DNA from: Bdellovibrionales bacterium
GTDB lineage: Bacteria > Bdellovibrionota > Bdellovibrionia > Bdellovibrionales > UBA1609
DNA: 64,000 nt
NCBI GenBank assembly: GCA_027317865.1
Contig: DAHVQG010000009.1
Coordinates: 15,937 to 79,936, forward strand
Reading direction: 5' to 3'
Positions 19,186-28,603 of the stretch are shown here, in pieces. Made by a program: the position numbers and the translations under genes. Under the pieces are notes generated by a model. The model ran no database searches, was not told the DNA's origin, and was given only the letters and a program-made list of their open reading frames with translations. How positions within the stretch are numbered: the first letter of the stretch is position 1; each line of letters begins with the position of its first letter.

Positions 19186-20100
19186 ATGAATCGAAAAAAA
19201 CTGTGCAAAATAGTGAATTTTGTATTGGTCATCTTTGGGTTTTTAACTTCATTTATTTCGACGACGGTTTTTGCTCTTAGTTTCGGAAAACCAATCAGCA
19301 AGAATAATCCGGAGTTATTGTCGACGGTAATGGTAGCGACTGAAATTGCGCCGCCGCGGGGTGAGCTGTGCACGGGAGTTCTAATCAGCGAAACCACCGT
19401 TGTGACGGCGTCGCATTGTTTTGTAAATTACAATAATCCGGCAAGCGATCCTAATAAAACATCGGCGACGGTTTCTCTGCTGAATCAAAAAGGCCAAATT
19501 CTTGAAAGTATCCCTTCAGTGGGAGTGATTGTTTATCCGCACGCCAACGGTGAGCAGTTGCAATTGGAATCAAAAATGCAAATCGCAACGATGGCTCAAA
19601 ACAACGCGGCGACCTATTCGGATTTTCAGAAAATTTCTCTCGTCGGTTTTGAATTGGGTCTTCATGATGTCGCGATTGTTCGCCTCGCCCACTCATTTAA
19701 GGTTCCGCATCAGGCAGTGAAAATTTACGATGGGCCGCTAAAAGTTGGAGACACTTTACATTTTGCTGGGTACGGGGAATTGATATATAACGAGGCGCCA
19801 AAAAAGGATACACCCGCCCAGATCGCGGATTTTAGAATTTTAAGAATAGCAAAAAATGGTTTGGTTTTGAAAGCACGCGGGAAGACAAAGCCAATGCCCG
19901 GCGATTCAGGCGGCCCGATGTACATATACAAAAACAATCAGCCTATGGTCGCGGCCATTAATGTTGATGCGAAATTAATTTTATCCAAAGTTCAATGGCA
20001 GAATCTTTATTCATTGGATTCAAACTTATTAGACGGATATTCGATATCAATGTTGTTGGGCAAATTTGCGTCGTTTTTGCAGCCTTTTACCCGCAATTAG
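19186..20100 (+). CDS. Secreted trypsin-like (S1) serine protease
   Basis: His 'VTASHCF', Asp 'HDVAIVRL', Ser 'GDSGGPMY'. Start taken at ATG 19186 ('MNRKKL' followed by a hydrophobic segment); the track ORF starts at 19147. Confidence 0.8.
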   Translation: MNRKKLCKIVNFVLVIFGFLTSFISTTVFALSFGKPISKNNPELLSTVMVATEIAPPRGELCTGVLISETTVVTASHCFVNYNNPASDPNKTSATVSLLNQKGQILESIPSVGVIVYPHANGEQLQLESKMQIATMAQNNAATYSDFQKISLVGFELGLHDVAIVRLAHSFKVPHQAVKIYDGPLKVGDTLHFAGYGELIYNEAPKKDTPAQIADFRILRIAKNGLVLKARGKTKPMPGDSGGPMYIYKNNQPMVAAINVDAKLILSKVQWQNLYSLDSNLLDGYSISMLLGKFASFLQPFTRN

Positions 20101-21237
20101 CATTTTTTTAATTAATTGTTCAACCCACGTAGGGCCATAAGCGGTAATAAAACCCCAATGGCCGCCGTCACGCGTACCGAGCGTTTCGATATTCGGATTG
20201 TGTAAACTGTTGTTTTGTATTGTCTTGAACGCTCCGAATGCAACGATCGGATCGTCCTGAGCTTGAACAATGAGCACTGGGATGTGAATGTGATTGATTC
20301 CTTGCAGACCTACGGTGGAACTCGTCTGTACATATTGGGCGACCGATTTGAGCGAAATTTTCGGATTCCACGGGAATTTTTTAATTGATTCACCCTTAAG
20401 AAATGATATTCGCTTTTTAAAACCATTGTAAAAAAATCCGCCGACATTTTGCCATGGTGACGGGAAGGAATATTTACTTTTCGTTCCGTAAAATGTTGAG
20501 CCTAAATGTATTGTTTCTAGAGCAGCCTCCAAAATAATTTTACCACCTTCAGAGAGCCGTGTGCGGTCCGGCAATCCAAGAAGTGGATGCCCAAAAGCAG
20601 TCAGAACGGCTTGAGTCGAAGCCTCCTCATTTAAAGCACCGCTAAATATAGCGGCAGACGAAAAAAAATTATATTTGAGTCGTGCAGCTTCAATCAACGC
20701 CTGCAAAACGGCGTTGCCGCCCAAGCTCACGCCCATCAAATGTAGCGACGAATACTTTATTCCGTACTGAGGCAAAATGCTGGCAAGCTCGACGAGTGAC
20801 CGTCCTTCGTCGTAACCGCCGATGTCGATATTATGATTTAATTTATAAAAACTTTCGCTGACCCCGCCGTCAACGATCAAAACACTGGCGTGAAGTTTAT
20901 CCGGTTTTACAATAAAGCGGATAAAGCTCGGGGCCGGATTTGACAACGAGTCGGCTAGTACCCCGAAATTGGCTATGATAAGCGGATCGGTTTGCGGATG
21001 GTTACTTTCAAAAAGAAGTCCACCCAATTTTGTTCCGTCTGGGAGAGCAAATATTCGTCGTTCACCCAAAAAGCGGGCATGCGAAAATCCCAATACAAAG
21101 CCCAGAAAGGTCTGCCCGATGCCGCCGACGATATTTATGAAAAAAGAAGGGCCAGGGTGCGGTGGACTCTTAATCTCAATTCCAGCGCCTTTTGTAGATG
21201 CAATGCAGATCACTAAAATTAAAATGACGAATTTCAT
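20047..21237 (-). CDS. Secreted alpha/beta-fold hydrolase (YheT-like)
   Basis: Nucleophile elbow 'GVSLGGN', later 'QAQDDPIV' and 'GGHWGF'. N-terminal signal. The 3' end overlaps the convergent protease gene by 54 nt. Confidence 0.7.
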   Translation of the reverse strand: MKFVILILVICIASTKGAGIEIKSPPHPGPSFFINIVGGIGQTFLGFVLGFSHARFLGERRIFALPDGTKLGGLLFESNHPQTDPLIIANFGVLADSLSNPAPSFIRFIVKPDKLHASVLIVDGGVSESFYKLNHNIDIGGYDEGRSLVELASILPQYGIKYSSLHLMGVSLGGNAVLQALIEAARLKYNFFSSAAIFSGALNEEASTQAVLTAFGHPLLGLPDRTRLSEGGKIILEAALETIHLGSTFYGTKSKYSFPSPWQNVGGFFYNGFKKRISFLKGESIKKFPWNPKISLKSVAQYVQTSSTVGLQGINHIHIPVLIVQAQDDPIVAFGAFKTIQNNSLHNPNIETLGTRDGGHWGFITAYGPTWVEQLIKKMLIAGKRLQKRRKFAQQH

Positions 21238-21535
21238 TTCACTAGCGGCGTCTACGGCCAGGGTTTCGAGCGGATTGAAAAGCCGCGTGTATCAGCAAAC
21301 TTCTTTGGCGGTCAAGGTGAGTTCTTAAAATATGTTGAACAGGGGTTCTGGCATTAAATTCCATTAGAATTTGCTTGTGAGTGCTATTCGCGCTCGCCGG
21401 ATGCGAAGTTTAAGAAAAATTAAGTATTTGCCTTTTAAACGCTTCTTTTCGTTACGTTATAACCATTTTCTAACTTGAACAGTTCAGTGCAATAAGGGTA
21501 GTTGGTAGCCCTCACCTTCAACCAAGGGGTTCGAT

Positions 21536-22207
21536 ATGCGACGCATTTTGCCTTTCATTTTCTTTTTTAGTTTTTTGTTCTTGGCTCTTCAGGTGCAGGC
21601 CGCCAGTTTTGTTTATGAGGGGCAAATCAGTGGTAAGACCCAAGATCCGTGGACTTTGAGCCCCGGTAATCTGCTTCAAAATACCTACGCTGTGGTTGTT
21701 ACAATTGAATCTCCCCTGGTGACACCCTTAAATATCAAATCAAAATACGAAGTCGACCCCTGCTACAACCATTTTTGCAATGGTAACAATAACGATTATT
21801 CGGCTTTGCCGCCAATGTGGGTCACAAACGAAACGGCTCATTTGGGTACGCTCAATGCGCAAGTGTGGCAGCTAAAGCCAAATGGTAAACGGGTTCTTGT
21901 TGCGGAGAAAAGTACCAAAATTTCGGTTTACGGCTTTCAACCCGGCAAAGACGTCATTCAATTTGGCCGTGTGAATTTTTATGTTAATTCTGAAGTCGAC
22001 GTTCATTTGCCGACGGTGGGTGAGCTTCAAGTGTTTGGCTACTTCGGCCATGAAACGACTCCGCTTATGGTATCGGGAACCAATGTTAACCCGGTCATTT
22101 CAATGAGCGAAATGCCTGAAGCGATGAAACCGACCTGGCAAATCATTTCACAAAGCAGAAATCAGCACTTCTATGCCGGCACGCTGGTTCTTCATAGAGT
22201 GCAGTAA
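21536..22207 (+). CDS. Secreted hypothetical protein
   Basis: Clear signal peptide 'FIFFFSFLFLALQVQA'. SD-like AAGGGG upstream. No domain recognised. Confidence 0.6.
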   Translation: MRRILPFIFFFSFLFLALQVQAASFVYEGQISGKTQDPWTLSPGNLLQNTYAVVVTIESPLVTPLNIKSKYEVDPCYNHFCNGNNNDYSALPPMWVTNETAHLGTLNAQVWQLKPNGKRVLVAEKSTKISVYGFQPGKDVIQFGRVNFYVNSEVDVHLPTVGELQVFGYFGHETTPLMVSGTNVNPVISMSEMPEAMKPTWQIISQSRNQHFYAGTLVLHRVQ

Positions 22208-22239
22208 AAGCGGTAAGCGTCAATTGTACAGGGCGCCCT

Positions 22240-23061
22240 TCAATTGTATAGGGTGCCATTGCAGTAAATTAATCCGAACGAGCCTTGCGTGCAAATTACA
22301 ACTGTGAGCTGGGCTTGCGCGCTGACCGTTCCTGCTGGATTGCTCACGGCCACGGAATATGTTCCTTCTTGAGATGACGAGGTCATTGCAAACGAGTAGG
22401 TGGCTGCATTTGCGCCGGAAATTGCACTTCCGTTATGGTACCACTGGTAGGACAAATTACTACCAGAGACTTGTACTGAAAATGTAACTTTGTTTGACGA
22501 TGTTTGGCCAACCATATACGTCGAGGCAAAGTTATTGACCGTCACATTTGCCGGGCCAACTGTTATGACCGGCGGCGGAACTGTCGGCGCCGGCTGGTTA
22601 ACAATAATCGAAAACGATTCGTTAATCGAACCCGCTGAATTGCTAATCGTGACCGAGTAATTGCCGGCATCTGCTCCCACAACATTTGCAATACTCAACT
22701 GGTCGCCAGTGGAACTGAATGCATAGCCGTTCGCACCCGAAGTGAGCGCTTGACCGTTGTCGTACCATTGATAGGTGAGCCCGCTGCCATTTGCGGTTGC
22801 TTGAACAACTAAGCTTTGCCCGGCGGTAACGGTGTAATTGGCTGAAACCGGTTGTGCGACAGTCGGTGGTGGGATCTGGTTTTGTGGCGTATTCGATGGG
22901 GTACCGGTTGAGGCCGAACTTGTGGAGCCAGAACCGCTCGAACTCTGCTGCTGACTATACTGCGGTAAATTTGGATTCTTTGCGCAGTTTTGAAATAGCA
23001 GGCCAACCGAAATAAACGCTATTAAAAAAACCAAAACTCGTATCATTTTGGTACATTTCAC
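22240..23061 (-). CDS. Secreted protein with a Ser-rich linker and two Ig-like repeats
   Basis: Internal repeat 'LTYQWYDNGQAL...AGNYSVTISNSAGS' / 'LSYQWYHNGSAI...EGTYSVAVSNPAGT'. Start is ambiguous: GTG 23061 follows AGGGGGA; alternatives are 23046 and 23082. Confidence 0.65.
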   Translation of the reverse strand: MKCTKMIRVLVFLIAFISVGLLFQNCAKNPNLPQYSQQQSSSGSGSTSSASTGTPSNTPQNQIPPPTVAQPVSANYTVTAGQSLVVQATANGSGLTYQWYDNGQALTSGANGYAFSSTGDQLSIANVVGADAGNYSVTISNSAGSINESFSIIVNQPAPTVPPPVITVGPANVTVNNFASTYMVGQTSSNKVTFSVQVSGSNLSYQWYHNGSAISGANAATYSFAMTSSSQEGTYSVAVSNPAGTVSAQAQLTVVICTQGSFGLIYCNGTLYN

Positions 23062-23212
23062 GGCATTCCCCCTTTTACCCATTAATATTTTTATGCATGG
23101 TTCGGGCCAGGCCAGCCCTATTTTAACGCGATCTTGGTGTCGAAAGCCTTAACAATTGACCAGTAATTGATAACTTTGAGCCTACGTTTAAGGCTCGCGT
23201 TTAAGCTATGTT

Positions 23213-23923
23213 TCAACTCGCCGGTATTTTTGAATATCCCGCGAGGTAAATGCGGATCTGTTGCAATACCGTTTGCATATCTTCGAGTGTGGGCGTGTCA
23301 TAATGCGTAAAATTTAAATATTTTTTCTGGGGCCCGTACACAAAACGGTTTGTAAAATATATTTTATTTATAACAGTATTGGGGTTTTTCTTCACGAGAG
23401 CCAGCCAACCTGCGTAACTCACAAGCTTCTTCGAAAGAAACGGGTCGATAATATACGGGCGCACCGCACCGGACACTTTCACCACTATCAGAGGGGCAAC
23501 GTGAAATAACCAGAACGATTCGCCCCAGTGAGAGGTGTTATAAATTTGCCCTTTGACAAAAACTTTGCCGGCAATGACGCCGATTTGTTCTAGAAAAATA
23601 TCGGCCATTTCAGCTTTTGCATAACATCCGTCGGGATAGTCCCACGGAATCTCGGGGTCGGTTGCAACTTCGTGATAAAGAGCCTGGGCCGTCTGAAGTG
23701 AAACTGCGGTCAATTTTGGAGGATATTTTAAGCTGGCGAGCGGCTTGCCCACCGCTACAGAGGGAGCAAAAGTTAAAATACCGGCGCTAACGAGTCCAAA
23801 GATAGAAATGAAACCGAGTGCTAAAACTAGATTTACACTTTTCAACCCGGCCCCCCTTGAGACATTTTTTATCCCAAGTATTTGTATCGATAATATGGCA
23901 GGCCTCGACATGACAAGCTGCAA
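23213..23923 (-). CDS. Membrane-anchored or secreted protein-glutamine glutaminase-like deamidase (papain-like Cys-His-Asp)
   Basis: 'YPDGCYAKAEM', 'WLFHVAPLIV' and 'YIIDPFL' line up with 'YPVDGCYARAHK', 'WSYHVAILV' and 'RIIDPSL' of the Chryseobacterium protein-glutaminase as I recall it. N-terminal hydrophobic anchor. Confidence 0.7.
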   Translation of the reverse strand: MQLVMSRPAILSIQILGIKNVSRGAGLKSVNLVLALGFISIFGLVSAGILTFAPSVAVGKPLASLKYPPKLTAVSLQTAQALYHEVATDPEIPWDYPDGCYAKAEMADIFLEQIGVIAGKVFVKGQIYNTSHWGESFWLFHVAPLIVVKVSGAVRPYIIDPFLSKKLVSYAGWLALVKKNPNTVINKIYFTNRFVYGPQKKYLNFTHYDTPTLEDMQTVLQQIRIYLAGYSKIPAS

Positions 23924-24039
23924 GCTGAAATGGTGTAGTTATTTCAGTTATTGAGCGACTCCACAACTTGCGATTGTTGAACGTTAGGGTCAATGTTAAA
24001 TCGTTTTTGCGTTAGGGTTCTATCGTTATGGGGGGATAA

Positions 24040-24933
24040 TTGAAATATCTAATTTTTACCTTTGTACTCGTGTCCGCCTCTTTATCGAGAGCTGTAGTAG
24101 GCGGAAAAGCCGTCAATGACATCGCAATTATCAAAGCACTCGGCCTAAGTTACAGCTCTTATCGAAATGATTTAGACACCCCAGCAATACCGATTGGCCC
24201 GCGTGTGGCGATCACGTGCGGGCACTGTGTATCGGGTGGCAACCCCATGGGCACTGCTGGTGATGTTGGCGCGCAAATTGTGTACCCGCCGCAAATGAAA
24301 AAAGATACCGACGAAACGGCTGAAGCGTACAGTAAACTGCCGGCCGGAACGTATGGTCTGCCGTTTTTTGAGAAGGCGAATTTTTCTTACGATCTGGCTC
24401 TAGTCATTCTAAATAAGGGCGAACATTACCGAAGGCCCTATATGTCCATCGGTAGAAAACAAGTAAGCCTTCACGAGAAACTCATTTTTCTTGGCAAGGG
24501 ATTGAACGCTTCGATAACGAATCAATTTTGTGGCGGTTACATTAGCAATTCGCATTGGTTTGCCGTTGCTCCGTTTAAAGTTCTTGATTTCTACAGTCAG
24601 AAGGTGGGTTTTATTTTAACGGGTAAACCCGCTGCCACTTGCCCTTATGATTCGGGCGGATATTATTTTCGCGCCGAACCGGATGGTACAATTAAACTCG
24701 TTGGGATTAATAGCTGGGGTACACAAAACGGAACGCAACTCGTATCACGGTTCGGAGCTGTGAGGAATCTTCAAGGTTTTTTAAGCGGCGCTGACGATTT
24801 AACTTCGCCGCTAATTCGCGAATGGATGAGTAAGGTAATTGCCGGCAAAGGTGCTCACGTGTGCGGATTAAACAAAGTTTGTGGGCCGATACCTTCGCCA
24901 TTTTCAAATACTATTACGGATGCGAAATTATAA
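24040..24933 (+). CDS. Secreted trypsin-like (S1) protease homologue
   Basis: His 'ITCGHCV', Asp 'YDLALVIL'. The Ser motif is divergent: 'YDSGGYY'. Signal peptide present. TTG start after GGGGGA. Confidence 0.7.
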   Translation: MKYLIFTFVLVSASLSRAVVGGKAVNDIAIIKALGLSYSSYRNDLDTPAIPIGPRVAITCGHCVSGGNPMGTAGDVGAQIVYPPQMKKDTDETAEAYSKLPAGTYGLPFFEKANFSYDLALVILNKGEHYRRPYMSIGRKQVSLHEKLIFLGKGLNASITNQFCGGYISNSHWFAVAPFKVLDFYSQKVGFILTGKPAATCPYDSGGYYFRAEPDGTIKLVGINSWGTQNGTQLVSRFGAVRNLQGFLSGADDLTSPLIREWMSKVIAGKGAHVCGLNKVCGPIPSPFSNTITDAKL

Positions 24934-24952
24934 AACATATTGGGTGGGGCAA

Positions 24953-27001
24953 ATGAAAACACAACTCTTAATTTTGATGATCCTAACGTTGGCATTCTCG
25001 CTTAAGAGTTATGGTAATTCAAATGCAAGTTCGGGTCTTAACAACGCAATTTCAAACCTCATTTCGACTCTTGAACAAAAGAGCCAAAACGAAGCATACG
25101 AACCAAGCCACGACTCTCAAATGTTCAATCAAATTCAAACGGCGTCTGGTCTTCTTGATCATGGCGCCAATCCCAACGTATATGTGCCCGGTAGCCTGAA
25201 TATGTTTATGTACAATTTCTTCGATCTCAACGCCTTCGACGCCAGTATTTTAGTTTCGGGGTTGGTTTGGAGCCCAAAACTTGTTGAGGCATTTCTCGCG
25301 CACGGAGCCTCCGCTACCGCTCCTGACAGTAGCGGCTTGGTCCCGATGGACTATGCCATTTTTAGTTTTTTGCGTAATCAAACCGATAGCGTTAGAGAAA
25401 TTAAATCGGGTTTGAGAATCATTCGACTTCTTGAAGCACACGGTGCCAAATTATCCGATGCAAAACGGGTTCAGAAGGCCTTTGGTTTGCCTCCGAACCT
25501 CAATTTTGCAAATTTAGCCCAAACCGTTCTTACGTTAAAGGTTATGTACCAGTTGGGGCTCGTCTCAAGGCAAGTCCTAATAAATGCGTCTATCGGACCG
25601 GCGGCCGCACGCGCACGTTTAAGAAATATGACAACGCTCGGGCGTAAGTTTTTAGAAAATAACGGCGCCCATTTGCGAAATCTCAAAGCCGATGCTTTGG
25701 ACGGCCGCGAAATATCGCGTTTAATAGCACCTTCGTTTTATAGCGGTAAGACGCATGCAAATCTTTTCGTCGTCGAGCCAGTCGGGCATCGAGATCTTAG
25801 CCGCAAGAATTATAACGGAAAGCATAACGACGTCACGTTCAGTATAGCAACAGGTACGGCCAAAGCCATCAACCCGAAAGTTGATCCTTCAAGAATTTTT
25901 GCTTGGGGTAGCCGCTCTATTGAGCTTTATACCGATTCAAGTTTTCTTTCGACCGCCATGAAATTGATGTTGAATCTCGGCGGAGCTCCGCTGCAAAATC
26001 GGGTCGTTTTTAGCTCTAGTTTTGGACCGAACTTGACACAGGGGATGGCGAGTATCGTTCGACAGCATACCGACGGTAACAGTTTTGATTTACAAACAGC
26101 GCTTTATTTTCAAAAATATCTCGAATCCGGTAAGCCGATCGTCTTTCAAGCCGCGGGGAATTCTTATTTAGAAGAAGGCAATTACATGAATACCATTGGA
26201 ATAACCAATGGCCCTCGTACGGTTCTGGTTGGTGCGGTCGCGCGATATCCAACTGCGGATAATGTTCATCACCGATTTGTGGTTTTTCCGCAGTCTTCAG
26301 TGGGCGCTGATCTTTGTGCCCCATTGCCGCGAATGAGCAAAAAGCTGATGCTCGGTACTTCTTGCGCCACTCCTGTGGCAGCGGCACTCTATCGACAGTT
26401 TGCGGAGTGGTACAGTTCAAAGCTGAGCTACGACGAGATTATTGCGGCCGCTTTGCTTACGGCACACAAACATATCTTGAAGTTCGTTGATCCGTATGAC
26501 GCATATAACGCGATTCTAAATGGCCAATCAGTGGCGGATTTAAAGACCCAGCCCGCTACTCTTGGCGTGCGCTCGCAATGCGGAGCGGGAGTCATCAATG
26601 AAATTAAATGGCAACAAGCTCTGAACTGGATGGTCAAAAACAAGACTGAGTCGAGTCCAAGTGTATCCGAATTTCTGCCGTTAACTAAGATTCGCACTGG
26701 CGTTTATGCCGTTACTCTGCCGAAAAGTTTGACTTTGAGTCGACTGACGTTTTTTATCCCTCAAGCTCGTGATCAGCATAGCAATATTTATGTCAAAATG
26801 CCCGCTCAGCCTGAGATAAAACTGCCTCTCAGCGCAACTGAAGTTCTTTCAACCTTTGCGTTTGCAAACCAAGACGTAAACGCTGGGGATAAAATTACCG
26901 TCTATGCCTCAGAGCCATTGCTCCGTATGGCGGGCATTGTGGTTCGCGGCGAACCGAACGGGAATGTGATCCAAAAATTTAAAAATTGGCAAATTCGGTA
27001 G
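24953..27001 (+). CDS. Secreted ankyrin-like repeat plus subtilase (S8-like) fusion protein
   Basis: Signal 'LILMILTLAFSLKSYG'. Three 'LL.HGA' ankyrin-like units ('LLDHGANPN', 'AFLAHGASATAPDSSGLVPMDYAI', 'LLEAHGAKL'). Subtilase 'FQAAGNSY' and 'LGTSCATPVAAALY'. Start at ATG 24953; the track ORF starts at 24881. Confidence 0.7.
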   Translation: MKTQLLILMILTLAFSLKSYGNSNASSGLNNAISNLISTLEQKSQNEAYEPSHDSQMFNQIQTASGLLDHGANPNVYVPGSLNMFMYNFFDLNAFDASILVSGLVWSPKLVEAFLAHGASATAPDSSGLVPMDYAIFSFLRNQTDSVREIKSGLRIIRLLEAHGAKLSDAKRVQKAFGLPPNLNFANLAQTVLTLKVMYQLGLVSRQVLINASIGPAAARARLRNMTTLGRKFLENNGAHLRNLKADALDGREISRLIAPSFYSGKTHANLFVVEPVGHRDLSRKNYNGKHNDVTFSIATGTAKAINPKVDPSRIFAWGSRSIELYTDSSFLSTAMKLMLNLGGAPLQNRVVFSSSFGPNLTQGMASIVRQHTDGNSFDLQTALYFQKYLESGKPIVFQAAGNSYLEEGNYMNTIGITNGPRTVLVGAVARYPTADNVHHRFVVFPQSSVGADLCAPLPRMSKKLMLGTSCATPVAAALYRQFAEWYSSKLSYDEIIAAALLTAHKHILKFVDPYDAYNAILNGQSVADLKTQPATLGVRSQCGAGVINEIKWQQALNWMVKNKTESSPSVSEFLPLTKIRTGVYAVTLPKSLTLSRLTFFIPQARDQHSNIYVKMPAQPEIKLPLSATEVLSTFAFANQDVNAGDKITVYASEPLLRMAGIVVRGEPNGNVIQKFKNWQIR

Positions 27002-28412
27002 ATTTGGCAATATCCGAGTCGGTGTCGCGGTTGATTTCTTCAAGGGAGCGGCACTTTGTTTCGGGTACGAGGACTAACGTAAGTGCGGCACTGATTAGAG
27101 AAAGCACGGCAAGCCCCGTCATGAGCGAGCGCGCACTCATCTGTTTTAATAACAGCGGAAAGACAAATGCTGCCACGACCGCGCCCGCGCGGCCCCCAAC
27201 CACAGTAATACCTTGGGCAATACTGCGAACTCGCGTTGGCGCCAGTTCAACCCCGAGAATGCCACTGCCCGAAACGATTCCCGGCCCAGCGCTTAAACTA
27301 AATGTATATAGACCAAATAAAATCACGGTTAATAGGGGAGCAGTTACCAACGCGCCACCGGTTTTCATCATCGGAACAAAAACTAAAAGAGCGAGAGAGC
27401 TTATTACAAAGCCCGACGCCATTAAACGTTTACGCCCCATGCGGTCGATTAGTGAGCAACCCACCAGAGTGCCCGGAATTGTGAATAATCCGTAGATCAC
27501 TAACGTGAATGAAATGGCGGTGAGACCCATACTTTCTGCTATGACCGACGGTCCAAAAAGTACGCCGGAATATAAAACGACATCGTAGAGAAACCAGAGC
27601 GTCATAGCTCCTAAAATGGGGCGGGCATGCTTTTGTAGAACCGTACGCCAGTCGCGCCGGTCAACTTTCGGAGTCGTCGTGGGTGGTTCCCCCGTAATGT
27701 TTTTAATAACTTTGCGCGCGTCTTCTGAAGCACCTTCAAGACGAGCTAAGTATCGCGCGGTTTCGGGCATTCGTCGCCGTAAACTGAGGACGCTAAGCGC
27801 GGGGAGTGCCCCAGCGGCGAGTACGATTCGCCATTGCCAATAAGGTGCGACATGCAACGCTCGAACTGTCAGAAAAACCAATCCAGAAGCAAGCGCACCG
27901 AAGTTCCACATTCCGGCGAAACCGAATGCAATTTTTTTGCCGCGATCTTGAGCGTTCGCGTGTTCGGCCATTATGGTGGGCGAAAGTACGTAATCGGCAC
28001 CAACACCGATCCCAAGAAAAAATCGGATAACAATAAGACTCCAAAGATTGGGCGCAAAAGCTTGTGCCGCAGCCGCCATGAGGCCCACGTCGATACCGTA
28101 AAACCGTTTTCGTCCGCGTTGAGCCAGTGCGCCAAAGAGAATGGCGCCAATTGCCGCTCCAACAAGGGCCGACCCCGCTAACATTCCGCTTTGCAGTCCA
28201 CTTATTGTATGAATTCCGAATGAGGCGAGGGCCACTGGTAGTACAAGGCCGATTGACGAAAGATCGTACCCGTCGGTGAAAACTCCCATTCCGGTCGTCA
28301 GCATAGCGAGCAGGTGAAACCGCTGGAGTGGTTGGCGATCCAATGATTCGAATGCGTTTGTTTTGTCGTTCATACGTTTGAGCTGTGCTCGAAAAAAGCT
28401 TAGCAGTGACAC
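26979..28412 (-). CDS. MFS transporter of the sugar-porter / phosphate:H+ symporter type
   Basis: 12-TM pattern, 'FTDGYDLSSIG', 'GRKRFYG', C-terminal 'PETKCRSLEEI'. Confidence 0.85.
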   Translation of the reverse strand: MSLLSFFRAQLKRMNDKTNAFESLDRQPLQRFHLLAMLTTGMGVFTDGYDLSSIGLVLPVALASFGIHTISGLQSGMLAGSALVGAAIGAILFGALAQRGRKRFYGIDVGLMAAAAQAFAPNLWSLIVIRFFLGIGVGADYVLSPTIMAEHANAQDRGKKIAFGFAGMWNFGALASGLVFLTVRALHVAPYWQWRIVLAAGALPALSVLSLRRRMPETARYLARLEGASEDARKVIKNITGEPPTTTPKVDRRDWRTVLQKHARPILGAMTLWFLYDVVLYSGVLFGPSVIAESMGLTAISFTLVIYGLFTIPGTLVGCSLIDRMGRKRLMASGFVISSLALLVFVPMMKTGGALVTAPLLTVILFGLYTFSLSAGPGIVSGSGILGVELAPTRVRSIAQGITVVGGRAGAVVAAFVFPLLLKQMSARSLMTGLAVLSLISAALTLVLVPETKCRSLEEINRDTDSDIAKSTEFANF

Positions 28413-28603
28413 GGCGAGCGAGGACAGCGTAAAAGGGGGCGGCGCGGCTATTTTAATTTAAATAGAAGTTTACGGTACTTAGTCGTTTGCCGAATAATAC
28501 GGTTGTACAATTTACATACTTCTGGCTAGTATTTCCGATCATATTTCGCGCAGGGGCTCGAACGGCGAGGGGATGCCGACGGGTACGGCGCAGAGGGGGC
28601 AAT

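Noticed and set aside
21238-21535. c-di-GMP or other riboswitch in the 298-nt divergent spacer
   Set aside because: No GEMM-like conserved segments (GGCAAA / GACGCAAAGCC) or other riboswitch cores were recognised. There is only a small GAAC-A-GTTC palindrome.
26986-27495. 169-aa plus-strand ORF antisense to the MFS transporter
   Set aside because: The opposite strand encodes a convincing 12-TM sugar-porter-type protein. This ORF is Ala/Arg/Pro/Thr-rich shadow sequence.
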